Source of the DNA: Callorhinchus milii
Lineage: Eukaryota
DNA length: 64,000 bases
Reading direction: 5' to 3'
Assembly (NCBI RefSeq): GCF_018977255.1
Contig: NW_024704743.1
Coordinates: 75,828,001-75,892,000 of the forward strand
Of this stretch, positions 38,197-51,382 are shown in pieces. The notes under the pieces were generated by a model. The model was not told the DNA's origin. It did no database searches and worked only from the letters and a program-made list of their open reading frames with translations. A program made the translations under genes and the position numbers. Positions within the stretch are counted from its first letter, which is position 1; every line of letters begins with the position of its first letter.

Positions 38197-38374
38197 CTTT
38201 CTCTTCAACCGTGCCTTCACCTCCACTCTCGACTCTCTATCCCCTCCTCGCTCCTCCCTTCCCTCCCCTCCCCCTGACTATTTCCCCCCTGCTCGGGTCC
38301 CAACCCACCTGTCCAGCGCCTTGGGACGTCCTCCCGATGTGAAAGGCGCTCTATAAATGCAATCTTGTTGTTGT
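38197..38374 (+). mobile_element. L2 tail nested in the Penelope-like element
   Basis: Nearly identical to 39687-39873; ends in AATCTTGTTGTTGTT. Confidence 0.85.
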
Positions 38375-38573
38375 TCTGCACTGTTAACACCTCTTCTCCC
38401 CAGTTTTGTTTCAACTCACCCCTACCCCCCTTTTGTCTTATGCCCCTATCACCTCTTTAACCCATCAACTAACACATTCTCTCCCTTGTCTTCTTTTTTG
38501 TCCTCTTTGTCTTCCTTGTCCTGCCTCCCCCTCTCAACTTGTCCTTAAAAACCTTTCCCTCCCAACATGTCCC

Positions 38574-38610
38574 AGTTCTGATGAAGGGTCGTGGACCTGA
38601 AATGTTGACT
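38574..38610 (+). ncRNA. Minimal type I hammerhead ribozyme-like motif (probably mutated) in the Penelope 3' region
   Basis: AGTT-CTGATGA-A-GGGTC-GTG-GACCT-GAAA-TG-TT-GACT: CUGANGA and GAAA core boxes, stem II GGGTC/GACCT, stem I AGTT/GACT. PLEs are known to carry such motifs. Confidence 0.65.
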
Positions 38611-38986
38611 AATTTTCCTTTCTCCATAGATGCTGCCTGACCTGTTGAGTTTTCCCAGCTCTCTTTGTTTTTGTTTCAGATTTCCAGCATCTGCAGTATT
38701 TTGTGTTTTTTTATAACATTATTCTTGTTATGTAAGACTAGACTATTAAAATATTGAAACACGTTACATTTTGCAGTATTACTGTTTTTGCAGTGTCTGA
38801 GTCTTAATTTTACCCATTTTTTTATCCCTACCTAACCTTTACTAGCCTATATTTCTATGATCGTATTCACTTTTAAGCAGTAGTGTCAACTTGTCTCAAA
38901 TTGGTAGCATTTTCGCCTCAGAGGGTTGTGGGTTTTAAGCCCCATGGCAGGATTTTATACACAGCCCAGGCTGACATTCCACTACA

Positions 38987-39873
38987 TCCCACCTCAACCT
39001 TCAAAGCCCTGTCCTTGAGTAGTTTAGATCCTACCTCTCCCACCGTCTTCATTTTGTCTCTGCAAACGGCTCTTCCTCCAGCCCCCGCACTGTCTCGTGC
39101 GGTGTCCCTCAGGGCTCTGTCCTCGGTCCCCGCCTCTTCACCCTCTATATGCTCCCCCTTGGTGACATCATCCGCAGACATCGGATTAACTTCTGCATGT
39201 ATGTGGATGACACCCAACTCTACCTTTCCTCTTCTACCCTCAACTCCACGACCACCGATGTCCTGACAGCCTGCCTGTCCGACATCGAGTCCCGGACGAG
39301 AGACAATTTTCTTCAGCTCAACGTGTGCAAAACTGAGGCCCTCCTGATTGGCTCACGTCAGCGCCTCCGCACCTCAGGCGCTGACAGCATCAGCATCCAA
39401 GGCTGCACTCTCCACCTCTCAAAGCCAGTCAGGAACCTCGGCGTTCTGTTCGACCCTGAGTTGTCCTTTCTTCCCCACATCCGCGCCACAACTGGTACCG
39501 CCTTCCACCACCTCCGGAACATAGCCAGACTACGGCACTACCTCACCCCTCACACTGCTGAAACACTGGTCCACGCCTTTATCACCTCAAGGTGCTTTCA
39601 GCCTCTCAGCCCCTAGGCTCTGGAACTCCATCCCCCAGTGCCTTCGCCGCCTCCTACCTTTCTTCCTTCAAGGCCGGTTTCAAGACCTTTCTCTTCAACC
39701 ATGCCTTCAGCTCCCCTCTCGACTCTCTACCCCCTCCTCGCTCCCTCCCTTCCCTCCCCTCACCCTGACCATATCCCCCCTGCTTGGGTCCCGACCCAAC
39801 TGTCCAGCGCCTTGGGACGTCGTCCCGACGTGAAAGGTGCTCTATAAATGCAATCATGTTGTTGTTGTTGTTG
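38987..39873 (+). mobile_element. L2 LINE 3' portion with internal deletion, inserted in a DeuSINE
   Basis: [14 protein letters not shown] [45 protein letters not shown]; (TTG)n tail; TACA direct repeats at 38983-38986 and 39874-39877. Confidence 0.95.
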
Positions 39874-42654
39874 TACAGTGCTGGGGGTATGTTACATTTT
39901 TGGAGGTTCACCTACAAATACACCGTCACTTCACTTCACAGTATCTCCTGTGAAGCACTTTGGGATAACCTCCTGATATGAAATGTAAGATTATGATTTT
40001 ATTGTTATTATTTCTACAATTAATATTATTATCTGGCTATTCACCTCATGGCTCTAGTGAGACCTTATTGACTTCAAAAGCTGCCACGTTTTCCTCCAAA
40101 TGATACTATTTGAAAAGAGAAGGGAGTTTATCCCTGTGTGCTGGCCGACAATCCCCAAATAAAATTGATCACTTACTTTATGGCTGTTTGCGAGACATTG
40201 TTGTGCATAAATTAACTGCCACGTTTGCTTTCAAATACACAGTCACGACATTTTGCAATAAAATTATCTGAAGCACTTTGATGCGTCTCAATGATAGGAT
40301 TATTATTATACAACTGATTTATCCATTTCTCAGCTCCCTGTAGCTATGCTGGAAGTGAAAGCAAGTTTTATTTGAAAAAGCTTTTTATTGGTAGTTTTGT
40401 GCCAATATACAAATGATTGACATGGCTTAACTGCAGAAACAATCACTCCCTTGCATAAACAGGCTCAGATCAACAGGACAAGTCTATATTACCTTTGGGG
40501 GGCAGAACACCCCCTCCCCCATTACCTGACAGTTCTTCTGCGATATTGGAAGGGGTGATGCACTAGTCATGCAGCGATTCATTTAATGGATTAGAAATGT
40601 AATGTAATAATTGCCACGGTCTGAAATTCTGATTTATGACTGGATTTGATTCTTGTTTTGCGATGACATGGATGCTTCAAGAGAATTGTTCTTAAAGGGG
40701 TACCATCTTCACAAGTGTTCAGCAAACAGTTCACACAGCAAAGTGTAGATCTCAAGAGGAGGTGCGGGTGAAATAAATAAGGCCCTTTAGCCCATTCAAT
40801 CTCATCATCCAGAATACACTACCCAACATCCTCCCATCACCAAGCATCAAGTGTTTTCTTCAGCACGTTCAATGCCTTGTCTGTGACCAGCATTCCTTCA
40901 AACATTTCAATCTGGGCTAGCAATTGGCTGAAAACTAACAATCAAACCCTTTTCAATGATGTTGCAAGATTTCTCTAGCTCTAGCCTCCAATAATTTAAA
41001 ATGAGGAGATTCCTCTCCCCCTCCACCAATTCAGTGAGGGGAAATCTTCATGTTTCCCCTTCCTCACAATCACTTCAGTAGAGGGAATAATTTGGGTATT
41101 GAGAGTCATGTATTTGATCTGAATTGCTATGGCAGGGTTGACATTATGTGCAGTAGCATTTCAGTGAATTGAACGAGCTGGTGAAGTAGTTAAAATGACA
41201 GCAAGGCAGCTGGGTACAGGGGGTTACACTGAAACTGTGATTTGATTTGCGATAAATCCTTCACTTATAATAGAACTCCATTAGCAATCTAATAGAAACA
41301 TTTATCAAACGCCCACACAAACCTAATAAGCACGCTGATTATCTGCTGACGTTCCCTTGAGTGACTTGGCGCCTATAAAGTATTAAATGTTCACTATTTC
41401 ATTTCAGAATAAATTGAATTCAAAGTTATGTCTGCCGGAAAAAGCCAGGGGAAAATGCAAATGAAATGGGGAACGGCCTTGATATCTCCACATTCCTCGC
41501 ATGCTCCACAGTTTTCCATCAAAACTTTCATATTGAAAGAGTTCAGCAGCTATAAATATTATTTAGTATTCAACTCTGGTCTCACACCTTGATCATTTAG
41601 ATAGTGTTGCAAGACTGTGGCAGATGCATCTACGCGTACAAACTATTTCAAAAAGCAACACAGAGTTGTAAAGGGCACAAGCTTGTTTTTTTTCACTTTC
41701 CTGTTAGCAGACATATCTGCATACGAGTGCTAACTCATGCAAATTAACAATCTGTCATTTTTATACAATGGGTCTCCTGATCTCCTGCCCCAACCTGACT
41801 TTTCATCCCATTTCTGTAGAGCACCATTTGTTTCCAATTTGTTCATGATGAACCAGCTGACTCATATGAGGTTCTGGATGGGACTAATCAGATCTGTGCT
41901 TCTGCTGAGTGGAGACAGTGAAGAGTGACATTGGGAAGAAACCCCAAACTTCAATCCATATATAGATATACTGTTAGAAAATATAGGTTTTTACATGTAA
42001 TCAATTAAGTATATAGAGGAACTTTTAAGAACTTTAATTGTATCATTTAGATAAAATAATGGTTGGTTTGTATGCAGTCTTTGTTTAAGTTGACCATGAG
42101 GGATGACCTTATTTGGAGGTTTGTAAATAATGTTAACAGGCCATCCTGAACTGACTCTGTCTGGTTTGGGTGAAGGACGAAAAGACAGATAACGTTTTGT
42201 AGTTTGTGCAGAACAACTCCAAATAAGGATCAGGTATGAACCAGATTTGTGAATCCTTGGGCAGACGAAGGGAGTGTAGGAATGAGTAAGGATGTTCTGA
42301 AGACAGCTGTAATGCATGATTAGGAAACCAACACACAATAGGATGGTTTATGCTGAACAAGAGCAGCAGACCCGGCAGGGAACCAGGCACGTAAAGATTG
42401 GCGGCCAAAGCACACTGACTGCTCCAGAACCGGTAGTATATGTTCTATGCATTTTCTCTATTATGTACTAAATCTTTTGAATAAACTAAGTTAGCCACAA
42501 ATATAATATTGTCTGGTCATTGGACACGAATAACAGGATTGGAAATCCTAATACACACACATACACAACAACAACTTGCATTTATTTAGGACTATTCACA
42601 TGGTATAGCTTAACAATGGCAGAGTTTAATGCTGGGGAGGCACAGTTGAAGAAG

Positions 42655-42957
42655 ATTCCTGTAGCTCAGTGGTTAGAGCACTCGCCTCACAAGCGAGAGA
42701 CCTGGGTTCAATTCCTGGCAGCGTTAAACCTTGGGCAAGTTTTCTTATGCCACACACCTGATAGTAATCCCTCAAGAAAAAAATAATAATAAAATTGGTC
42801 ACTTCAATCCACGACTGTTTGTGGGACGCTGCTGTGCCCAATTAGCTGCTGCATTTCGCCCACAAAATATACAGTCAATTCACTTTACAGTATATTCTGT
42901 GAAGCGCTTTGAGAAGTCTAGAAGACATGAAAGCTCTACATCAAATGCAAGGCTTAT
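42655..42957 (+). mobile_element. tRNA-headed SINE, short/intermediate form
   Basis: CCTGTAGCTCAGTGGTTAGAGC head; lacks the 60-nt segment. Confidence 0.88.
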
Positions 42958-43412
42958 AAGGACTTTTGTGCAATCTGAAGATGGGCAAGCAATCTGAAGA
43001 CAGGCAATATATATAATATATTTATACATATACACAGATTTAATGTTCTGATGGTACATGGGATTCAAATGCTGAACAAGGAATTCTGAAGAGGGGCTAC
43101 TATCTGAGAAGAGGACGAGGGGGAACAGGAAAACCTCAAACAGGAATGACAAGCAATAAGGAGACAGAAAGAGCCAAAGAATAGAAAGATACTAAATTTC
43201 AAAAGAAAAAATGATAGACAAATGAAAATTCTGAAGAGGAAAAGATTTAAGGAAATTGAAATTATAGAAAAGGGGAAGATAATCACATCCATTTCCTTCC
43301 CCTTAATGATATTATCAACTTGGCTCAGGTGGGAGCGCTTTTGCCTCTGGGTTAGAAGATTGTAGATCATTTCCTTGGCTTCCATTGGTGAGGTTCTGAC
43401 AGACTACAAATA

Positions 43413-43710
43413 AGCAAATGTGGTTCCCATATTCAAGAAAGATTACTGACTGTACATGATATTATTCTGACCTGAATAATTGGAAAACCAATGGAATCCA
43501 TCATTAGAAGCAAAATAGAAGATTACCTTTACAAAAATAACCTAACAAATAGCAGTCAGCAGCATTTTCTAAGGAACAGATCTAGTATCACTAGCATTAT
43601 AGACTGGCTTGAGGTAACATCCCAAATTCACAGTGAGAATCAATATGACATAATGTATCTAGACTTCCAAACGACCTCAGACAAAAGACCACATAGAGTC
43701 TCCTTAACAA
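43413..43710 (+). mobile_element. Old CR1 RT N-terminal remnant
   Basis: ANVVPIFK, MESIIRSKIEDYL, SQQHF and YLDFQ-like motifs. Confidence 0.8.
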
Positions 43711-44499
43711 ATCAGTGTCACTGTGTGTCAAGGATAAGACATGGATCAGCATTTATCTGCTCCCAAAATATTTAAAATCAATGTCCTGATTGTCCTGAAT
43801 ACCCCTCGAAGAAAGGGATGTCTCCATCAATTTAGATGGAGAGAGAAATGGAACCAATGAAAGAGGGTAGGTGGGTATCCTAGAAGGATGAGATTAAACA
43901 AGCTAAAATGCCTTCTTCATCCAAATCTCTCTTGTGGCCTGGAAAAACCCAACCGACACGACAGCTTGGCAATGACCAGGAGGCTGAGCCTACTTTACAG
44001 TTAATCTCCAGTCTCTTCTAACAGGTAATTTATAGCCGATTAATCAATCCCACTAACAAATCACTGAGTTGAGAGATCTGTCATCCCTCTATTATGACAA
44101 AGAATTTCCGGAGTTCTCAGTCCTTAAATGGAATCAGTTCTGCTTCCAGCTGCAGCCTCACAAAACCGACTCAGGTTGGTCTGAATGAGAAAACTAATTT
44201 ACCTCGTTTAAATTGTCCTACTGCCTTCAACACAGCTGAAGTGACAAGAGCACTTCTCATTTGCAGCAATTGTTAAGTGAGCTCCTTATAATTATCATGA
44301 ATGCGATTTAAAAATAATTATTAGTTATTTTACAGAAAGAACTGAATGCGAGTGCAATAAATAAAGGTCAGGGTGAATTAAAATGTCTCCATCTTGCATT
44401 GTTCATTTACGTTCGACCTTCTCACCCTATCCTCTTCACCTTGTTCTTACACTCATTCATGGTTCTCTAGCAGCTATTTTTAATCGAATTGCATGCAAA

Positions 44500-44700
44500 T
44501 AGGCCTTGTTGGAGGGAAGGAGGGGGATTACATTAGTAGCAACATGCCTGGGTCAAAGAGAAGAGGAATCAATCTGCTATCCCATTATTGATCACTGCTA
44601 CAAAGTGCATGTCTGTTGATGTCAGACAAGGACATGATCCCGTTTGGGATTCAATCTCCCACATTGGTCAAATAGTCTGCTCATTGTCAGCCTGCCCTGG
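44500..44700 (+). mobile_element. LF-SINE-like relic
   Basis: AAAGTGCATGTCTGTTGATGTCAGACAAGGACATGATC...GGTCAAATAGTCTGC resembles the central LF-SINE region as I recall it. Confidence 0.5.
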
Positions 44701-44704
44701 TTGC

Positions 44705-45130
44705 CAGCATTGTAGCTTTTGGGTTAGAGGGTTGTGTGTTCAAGCCCCACATCAGGAATTTGAACTCATATAGTTTCAGCTGACACTCTAATGTAGTGCT
44801 GGGAGAATGAATGTTGCATTGTTGGAGAAGCTGTTCTTCAGATGAGATGTTAAACTGAGGTCTCTCCTCCTACTCAGGTGGACATTAAAGAATCAATGAA
44901 ACTATTTGCAAGGAGAAAGGAATTTCTATATAAATGTGTCCTAACCAACAATTCCCCAGATTTTATTAAAAGCTATCATTCACTTCCTGTTTGTCTGTGG
45001 GACATTGTTGTGCGTAAAACTGGCTGTTGTGTTTACCTAAATACACAGTCACCTCCCTTTACAGGAAATCCTGTGAAGCATGTTAAGACGTCCTTCCAAT
45101 GTGAAAGGTGCAATATCAAATGTAACGATT
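44705..45130 (+). mobile_element. DeuSINE
   Basis: CTTCAGATGAGATGTTAAACTGAGG...CAGGTGGACATTAAAGA plus tail. Confidence 0.85.
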
Positions 45131-45905
45131 AAAACTGTGCACGTGAAAGGATAGTTGGGTGAAGTACTGGAGGTCGCCAATATCCATGAGACGGCAGCCA
45201 GCACCCAGTGAATTTACGACAGGGGGAAGGAGTAAAAACAAATCAAGGACAAGGAATGAAATATTCTTAGGTCCTTGCTGCTTACATTCAAAATTGCAAA
45301 AGAGAAGAAAGTTGCAGACCGCAAGAAGTTGAAAAAAAACAAAGAAATTTCTAACACTGTCTTTAACCAATTCCTTAAGAACTAGTTGACAGAATCCTTA
45401 ATGGAATGACAAACTCTACAGGACTGTTATTTACGCACTCCTGGCAAGAACTGACAAGGAATATTAATCTTTGAATGTCTACCTCACAGTATTATACCGA
45501 AACACCAGACAATATTAATAGAAAAGAAAATCATAACTTCAAGATACATAAACCCAATCATCCAAAAGTGTCTGTTTTCATCAAATCTTACAGATTACAA
45601 GTTTTGCTGGAGAAGTGTGAGTAAAAGAAAGGAAACATTGTAAGCAAGAGTGTGAGGAAAAAAATAGGAAATGGGACTTAATGGGTTGCTCTTTCAAAGA
45701 GCCAGCATTGACGCAATGCGCTGAATGATCTTCTTCTGTACTATAAATTTTCCATGGTTCAAATGTGTCGCCCATAGACCATGACTAAAGGAAGAAAGGA
45801 ATAAATCAACTGACAAAACTAATGGAATTGCACTATGTGATATAATGCTAATCTTATTTAACTGGGTTTTTCTCAGATTAAGTTGTTGAGCTCGACCAGT
45901 GCATC

Positions 45906-46220
45906 TAATAATAATAATCCTTGCATTTGATATAGCCCTTTATTACATCTTCAAGACATCTCAAAGCATATCCTGTAAAGTGAGTTGACTGTATATTTTG
46001 TGGGCAACATAATAAGATAATAAATATAATAATAATCTTTGTGTTTGATATAGCGCCTTATCTCATTTTCGAGACGTCTCAAAGAGCTTCACAGAATATA
46101 CTGTAAAGTGAATTGACTGTATATTTTGTGGGCGAAACGTGGCAGCCAATTGCGCACAGCAGTGCCTCACAAACAGTCGTGGACTGAAGTGACCAATTTT
46201 TTTTAATTAATTTTTTTAAG
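45906..46220 (-). repeat. Two tandem 5'-truncated SINE tails
   Basis: Two (AAT)n-TCCTTGCATTTGATATAG-type tail units. Confidence 0.8.
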
Positions 46221-47109
46221 GAATTTTTTGTAGGAATTTCTCCTTGGGATCTCCTTGCTGCTCTCAGTGCCACGTGATACAATAAGTCCTGGTCAGTCCT
46301 GGTCAGTGGGAAGTTCAATAGAGTACTGACAGAAATCCATTGCACAATTATACTCCTCCAACAGTGAAGATCCCTGCAAACAAAGCACTGCCTGCCTGCC
46401 ACCAGCATCCCTTTGATTACTTGGTCTCTTTCCCCAGCACTGTACAAGCTCTAAATCTGCTTCAACAAGGATGACAACTGATAAAACCAGCTACAGAACA
46501 CAACACACTGGGAAATATTGAGACAGCGAAAAGGAGTCTGGTTTGGATACTCTTAGACCTGCAAAGACTACTACAGTAGGCCTGCGGGTCCCACGGCTAC
46601 TCCACTCCACCATCGGGTGGTCATGTCTTCCCCCATTCTGCCCTAACCTTTAGAACTTCCTGTCCCAATATATCCGCCTCATGCCCTCTTTATACATCTT
46701 GAAGCCTACATCTACAAGCACTTTGGGATGTCCTTCCAAAGTGAAAGGGGCTATGCCAAATGCAAGAATTATTATTATTTATTATTATTCCCACCTAATT
46801 TTCTCCCACCATCTCCCAAGTTCCACTATAAATAAGGTCCAAATATATAAAACTCTACCACCTGAGTCCTCACCACACCCTCAGTACTCCAGTGCTTATA
46901 TAATAATCCCTTAAGAAAAAAAAACAATAACGAATTGGTCACTTCAATCCATGACTGTTTGTGGGACACTGCTGTGCATAATTGGCTGCCGTGTTTCGCC
47001 CACAAATATACAGTCAATTCACTTTACAGTATATTCTGTGAAACACTTTGAGACGTCGAGAAGATGTGAAAAGCGCTACATCAAATGCAAGAATTATTAT
47101 TATTATTTT

Positions 47110-47720
47110 TAGCGCCTTGGGACATCCTCCCGACATGAAAGGCGCTCTATAAATGTAATTTTGTTGTTGTTGCTTGCCAGGCTCCAATGGCTCCCTGTTG
47201 CAGAATGGTTCGATTTCAAGATCACCACACTCATTTTCAAATCTCTTCACACCCTGGCATCTCCCTAACTCTCTGATCTACTCACACCCCACTCCACTAT
47301 CCACTGCCTTCGCTCAGCTGGATAAAATCTTCTGCACATCCTTTGTCCCTCCTCTCTACAATTGGTAGCCGTGCTTTCAGCAATTGCGCTCCGAATCTCT
47401 GGAACGCTTTAACTCCATCTTAATCTCCCTCTTTGACCATCTTCAAATCACACCTGAAGAGTTTCCTCTTTGACCATGTTTTTACCTCCTTTCCGTTTCT
47501 AGCTCGACACTGCTGTTAAGCGCTCCAAGACATAACCCACGTGAAGGGCCTATACAAATCCAAGATTTTGTTGTTGAAAACCCATCTTAAGACTTACTTC
47601 TTTGACCGGACCTATGGTCACCTTCCCTCCCCCTCCCTCCACTCGGTTCAACCCCACCATTGTGCAGCTCTCCAAGATGCTACCCTGTGTGAAGGACACT
47701 ATATAAAGCAAGTTGTTTTT
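47110..47720 (+). mobile_element. Cluster of L2 3' fragments
   Basis: WLPVAEWFDFKI-like region, RAFS, LKTYFFD, and three (TTG)n-type tails. Confidence 0.75.
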
Positions 47721-48994
47721 GTTTTAAACCATGGTGACAGGTTTCCACATGTGTCAGCCACCTGCCCACCCAAAAAATACAAATTCAAAAACGGTGTTCT
47801 GTGTAGAAAATGCTCATTGTCAGTCTGTGCCACTGTCACCTGTTTTTTCCTAATTCATCTCTTTTGGGAATATGACAAATTCAAACAAAGAGTCTGATAC
47901 TAAATATTGAACAGATGCAGCCAAGAAAATAGTAATAATAATCCTTGTATTTGATAAAGTGCCTTTCACGTCAGGAAGACATCTCAAGCACTTCATAGGA
48001 TATACTGCAAGTGTAGTGACTGTATTTCTAGGCAAACATTGAAGCCCACTTACAACAACTTGCATTTATATAGTGCCCTTCATGTGGGGTAGCATTCCAG
48101 AGCACTTCACAATGGTGGAGTCTGACGACGAGCCAGGGGGAAAGGGAGGTGACCTTAAGGATGATCAAAAAGGAAGGTCTTTAGGTGAGATTTGGAGGTG
48201 GGGAGAGAGGGGGCAAAGTGGAGAGATTGTGGGAGAGAGTTCCAGAGTTTCAGGGCGTAGTGGCTGAAGGCCTGGCCACCGATGTTGGAGAGAAGGGAAC
48301 GAGTAACGCAGTAATGTCCCACAATGGAATGACAAGGTTTTCTTAGGATGTTTCCTGAATATATTTTTTAATTGGTTAAATATCCTGTGTTTTCATATAA
48401 AGCTGGCTTTAATTTCCAGCAATAACCTTTTTTTCTGTGGAGGAAATCACCTTATGGGGTGCATTGCTGCTTTAAGGATGAACAATGAATTCATAAGCTC
48501 TCCAAAGAAAGACTATTACAAACTCAGTGGGAGGGAGCCTAAGAGTGCACTGGTCTGCACCCAGGGGATGAGGAACAAATGCACTCATTGAAGGAAAACA
48601 TCAATTTGCAGGCTTCTTACCAACCTTATTCAGGCTCGTTTCATTCTGGCTGAAAGTCACTTACTGAAAATCAATAACTGCTGCATTTCAAGAGATGCTG
48701 CTCCAATCCAAGATAAGTAATGACTGGGTTTTCACCTATACTTAATAATCGTTGCATTTGATATAGCGCCTTATCACGTCATCGTGACGTCTCAAAGCGC
48801 TTCACAGAATATACTGTAAAGTGTACTGACTGTATATTTTGTGGGCGAAACGCAGCAGCCAATTGCACACAGCGACGTCGCACAAACAGTCGAGGAGTGA
48901 GTGAGCACAATGACTCTGACCGTGTGCAGTTACATTATGATAGAATTTTCCTATTATAAGCACAATCTTCACATCTTTTCCTATTAAAAGCTGG

Positions 48995-49400
48995 TGTGTG
49001 AACTTGGCTCAGTGGTAGCACTCTCACCTCTGAGTCAGAAAGTTATGGGTTCAAATCCCAAGGACGTGAACTCGTATGGTCTAAACTGACACTCTAATGC
49101 AGTGCTGGGGGTATGTTCCAATGTCAGAAGTATCATGCTTTAATGAGACGTTAAAGCAAGGTCCCATTTGTATATTCAGGTGGACTTTAAAGATCCCATG
49201 GTACTATTCAAAAAGAGAAGGGAGTTTCTCCTGGTCAACAATCCCCCAAATAAAATTTGTCATCCATTTCATGGCTGTTTGTGGCACATTGTTATTCGCA
49301 ACTGAGCTGCCATGTTCACCTACAAATACACAGTCACTCCATTTCACAGTAATCCTGTGAAGCATTAAAACTTGCTCCAATGTGATAAGGCCCTATTCAA
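48995..49400 (+). mobile_element. DeuSINE (SacSINE1/AmnSINE1-like)
   Basis: tRNA-like head TGGCTCAGTGGTAGCACTCTCACCTCTGAGTCAGAA, Deu domain ATGAGACGTTAAA...AAAGATCCCATGG.ACTATT, shared tail. Confidence 0.88.
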
Positions 49401-50324
49401 AAAACATGCAAAATGCAAATATAAAAAATGCAAGTCTTTACATTAACAGCACAAGAAATGTTCAACTCTTAAATGCTTCAGATGCTATGATAATCAAAGG
49501 GGTTTTAACGTTCAAACCTGTGGCTGTCCTGGTGTGTGATGTACAAGAATCACAATGCTGATTGCTCACTACATGCTGCCATCTTTCAGACAAAGTGCTA
49601 AACTGCGGGTCGTTCACCTATTCAGATGGATGTTAAAGGCCATATGACACTGTTTGAAATAAGAAGGTGGATTTTCCTAGGAGTGTGTGCAAACTAACAA
49701 TCCGCGAAATAAATGTGTGTCAATCTGGCTCAGTTGGTAGCACTCTTGCCTCTGAATCAGATGGTTGTGGGAATGTTGGAGATGCAATCCTTCAGATGAG
49801 ACATTAAACCAAACCCCCCCGACATCTGTTCATGTAGATGTTGAAGAAATCATGAAAATATTCAAAAAGGGAAGGGAATTTCTTCCAGTGTTTTGGACAG
49901 CTATTGGTCATTGCTTTCATGGCTGTTTGGGGGAGATTGTGTGCAATTTGGCTGCCACATTCGCCCACAAAACAGTGACCACACTTTACAGTAAATCCTG
50001 TGAAGTGCTTTGGCATATCCTCCTAATATGTGCTAAACGGGAAAAGGGCAGATAAATGCGACTGAATAGATTGCTCTTTTAAAGGGCCAGCATAGAAATG
50101 ATGGGCTGAAAGATGTTCTCTGCTGCAAAATTCTCTGGTTCTAGGTGTTGTAATGCTGCACAACTGCTGTGCTGCCACTAGGGACCCTCAGTGAGGTTTG
50201 CCGACTGTATAGCTCCCAGTAGTGGCTGACATTAGGTACTGCAGCTAATAAAGTTTATTTATTTCATGGTTCAGTTTATAAGATTTGTTATCTTCACACT
50301 GTAATAATAAAACTTACATTATAA

Positions 50325-50740
50325 AATAATAATAATCCATACATTTGATATAGTGCATTTTCCATCAAGGAACATCTCTAAGCACTTCACAGGATATACT
50401 GTAAAGTAGATTGACTGTGTATTTTGCAAGCAAACGCGGGAGCAATGACTCACAAACATCTATGAAGTCAATGACCAATTTTATCTGAGGAATTGTTGGC
50501 CAGGATACTGAGAGAAACTCCTTTCTCTTTTTAAATAGTGCCATGGCATCTTTAATGTTCACCTGAACAGGCAAATGGGACCTCTGTTTAACAGCTAATC
50601 TGAAGGAAAGTAGCTCTGACAATGCAGAACTGCATTGGATTGTCAGCTTAGACTATGTGAGTTCACCTCCTGATGTGGAATTTGAATCCACAACCTTCTG
50701 ACTGAGAGGAAAGAGTTCTACCACCAAGCCAGGCTGATAT
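50325..50740 (-). mobile_element. DeuSINE
   Basis: Head, Deu domain and tail all recognisable. Confidence 0.85.
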
Positions 50741-51382
50741 TTTACATTTATAAACCACCTTTCACCTAAAACAAATGTCCCAAAGTGCTCGACATTGCAA
50801 GACATTATGAAGTCCTATCTGTTCCTCTCTGAACATCATCCATCCTACCTATTTGTTCAGATAGTTGTCAAAACTCCCATCATATGATTCAAAAAGAGAC
50901 TTGAGAGTTAAATGGTGCCCCAGCCAACATTCCTGCAATTGATCATTCACTGCTTGGCTGTCTGTGAAACATTGCTATGTACAAATTCGCTGCTGTATTT
51001 TAGCACATTGGTTGGGTCTGCACAATCATTAAAGTTTGTATCCTGTAAATCCTGTGAAGCATTTTGAGATGTTTTAACACAAGAATTATTATTATCTTTA
51101 TTATGGAATTTAATTTGGCCAGTGCCTTGTGGGAAATTGCTACTGCAAATTAACCACCATATTTACCTGCATAATATATTCACTTCATTTCCAATTAATT
51201 TATTTCTGTAAAGTGCTCCAAGACAAATAGGATCCTGGGCTACTGCCAAATCAGCTGAGTTCAGATGCCCAAATACCATGCTCAGATTGCACAGTGCCCT
51301 GGTCAGGCTGTTATGGTTGCCCACAACATGAGTTGGCTTTCAGGAGATAGCGAGACAGAGGAGAGCAAAGTGGCTGATTCTC

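Larger units (their letters stand above)
37797..38712 (+). mobile_element. 5'-truncated Penelope-like retroelement (GIY-YIG endonuclease C-terminus plus 3' region)
   Basis: 37800-38105 translates as TTNVVYCICCSQCGLLYIGETKCRLGDRFAEQLRSVR...HFNSHSH...KLEEQHLIYLLGTLQPSGLNIDF, a GIY-YIG domain of PLE type. Flanked by a perfect 14-bp direct repeat ATAACATTATTCTT (37783-37796 and 38713-38726). Confidence 0.9.

Noticed and set aside
45906..47107. Recurring near-identical units as a CRISPR-like or tandem array
   Set aside because: These are dispersed SINE tails in both orientations with irregular spacing in a vertebrate genome.
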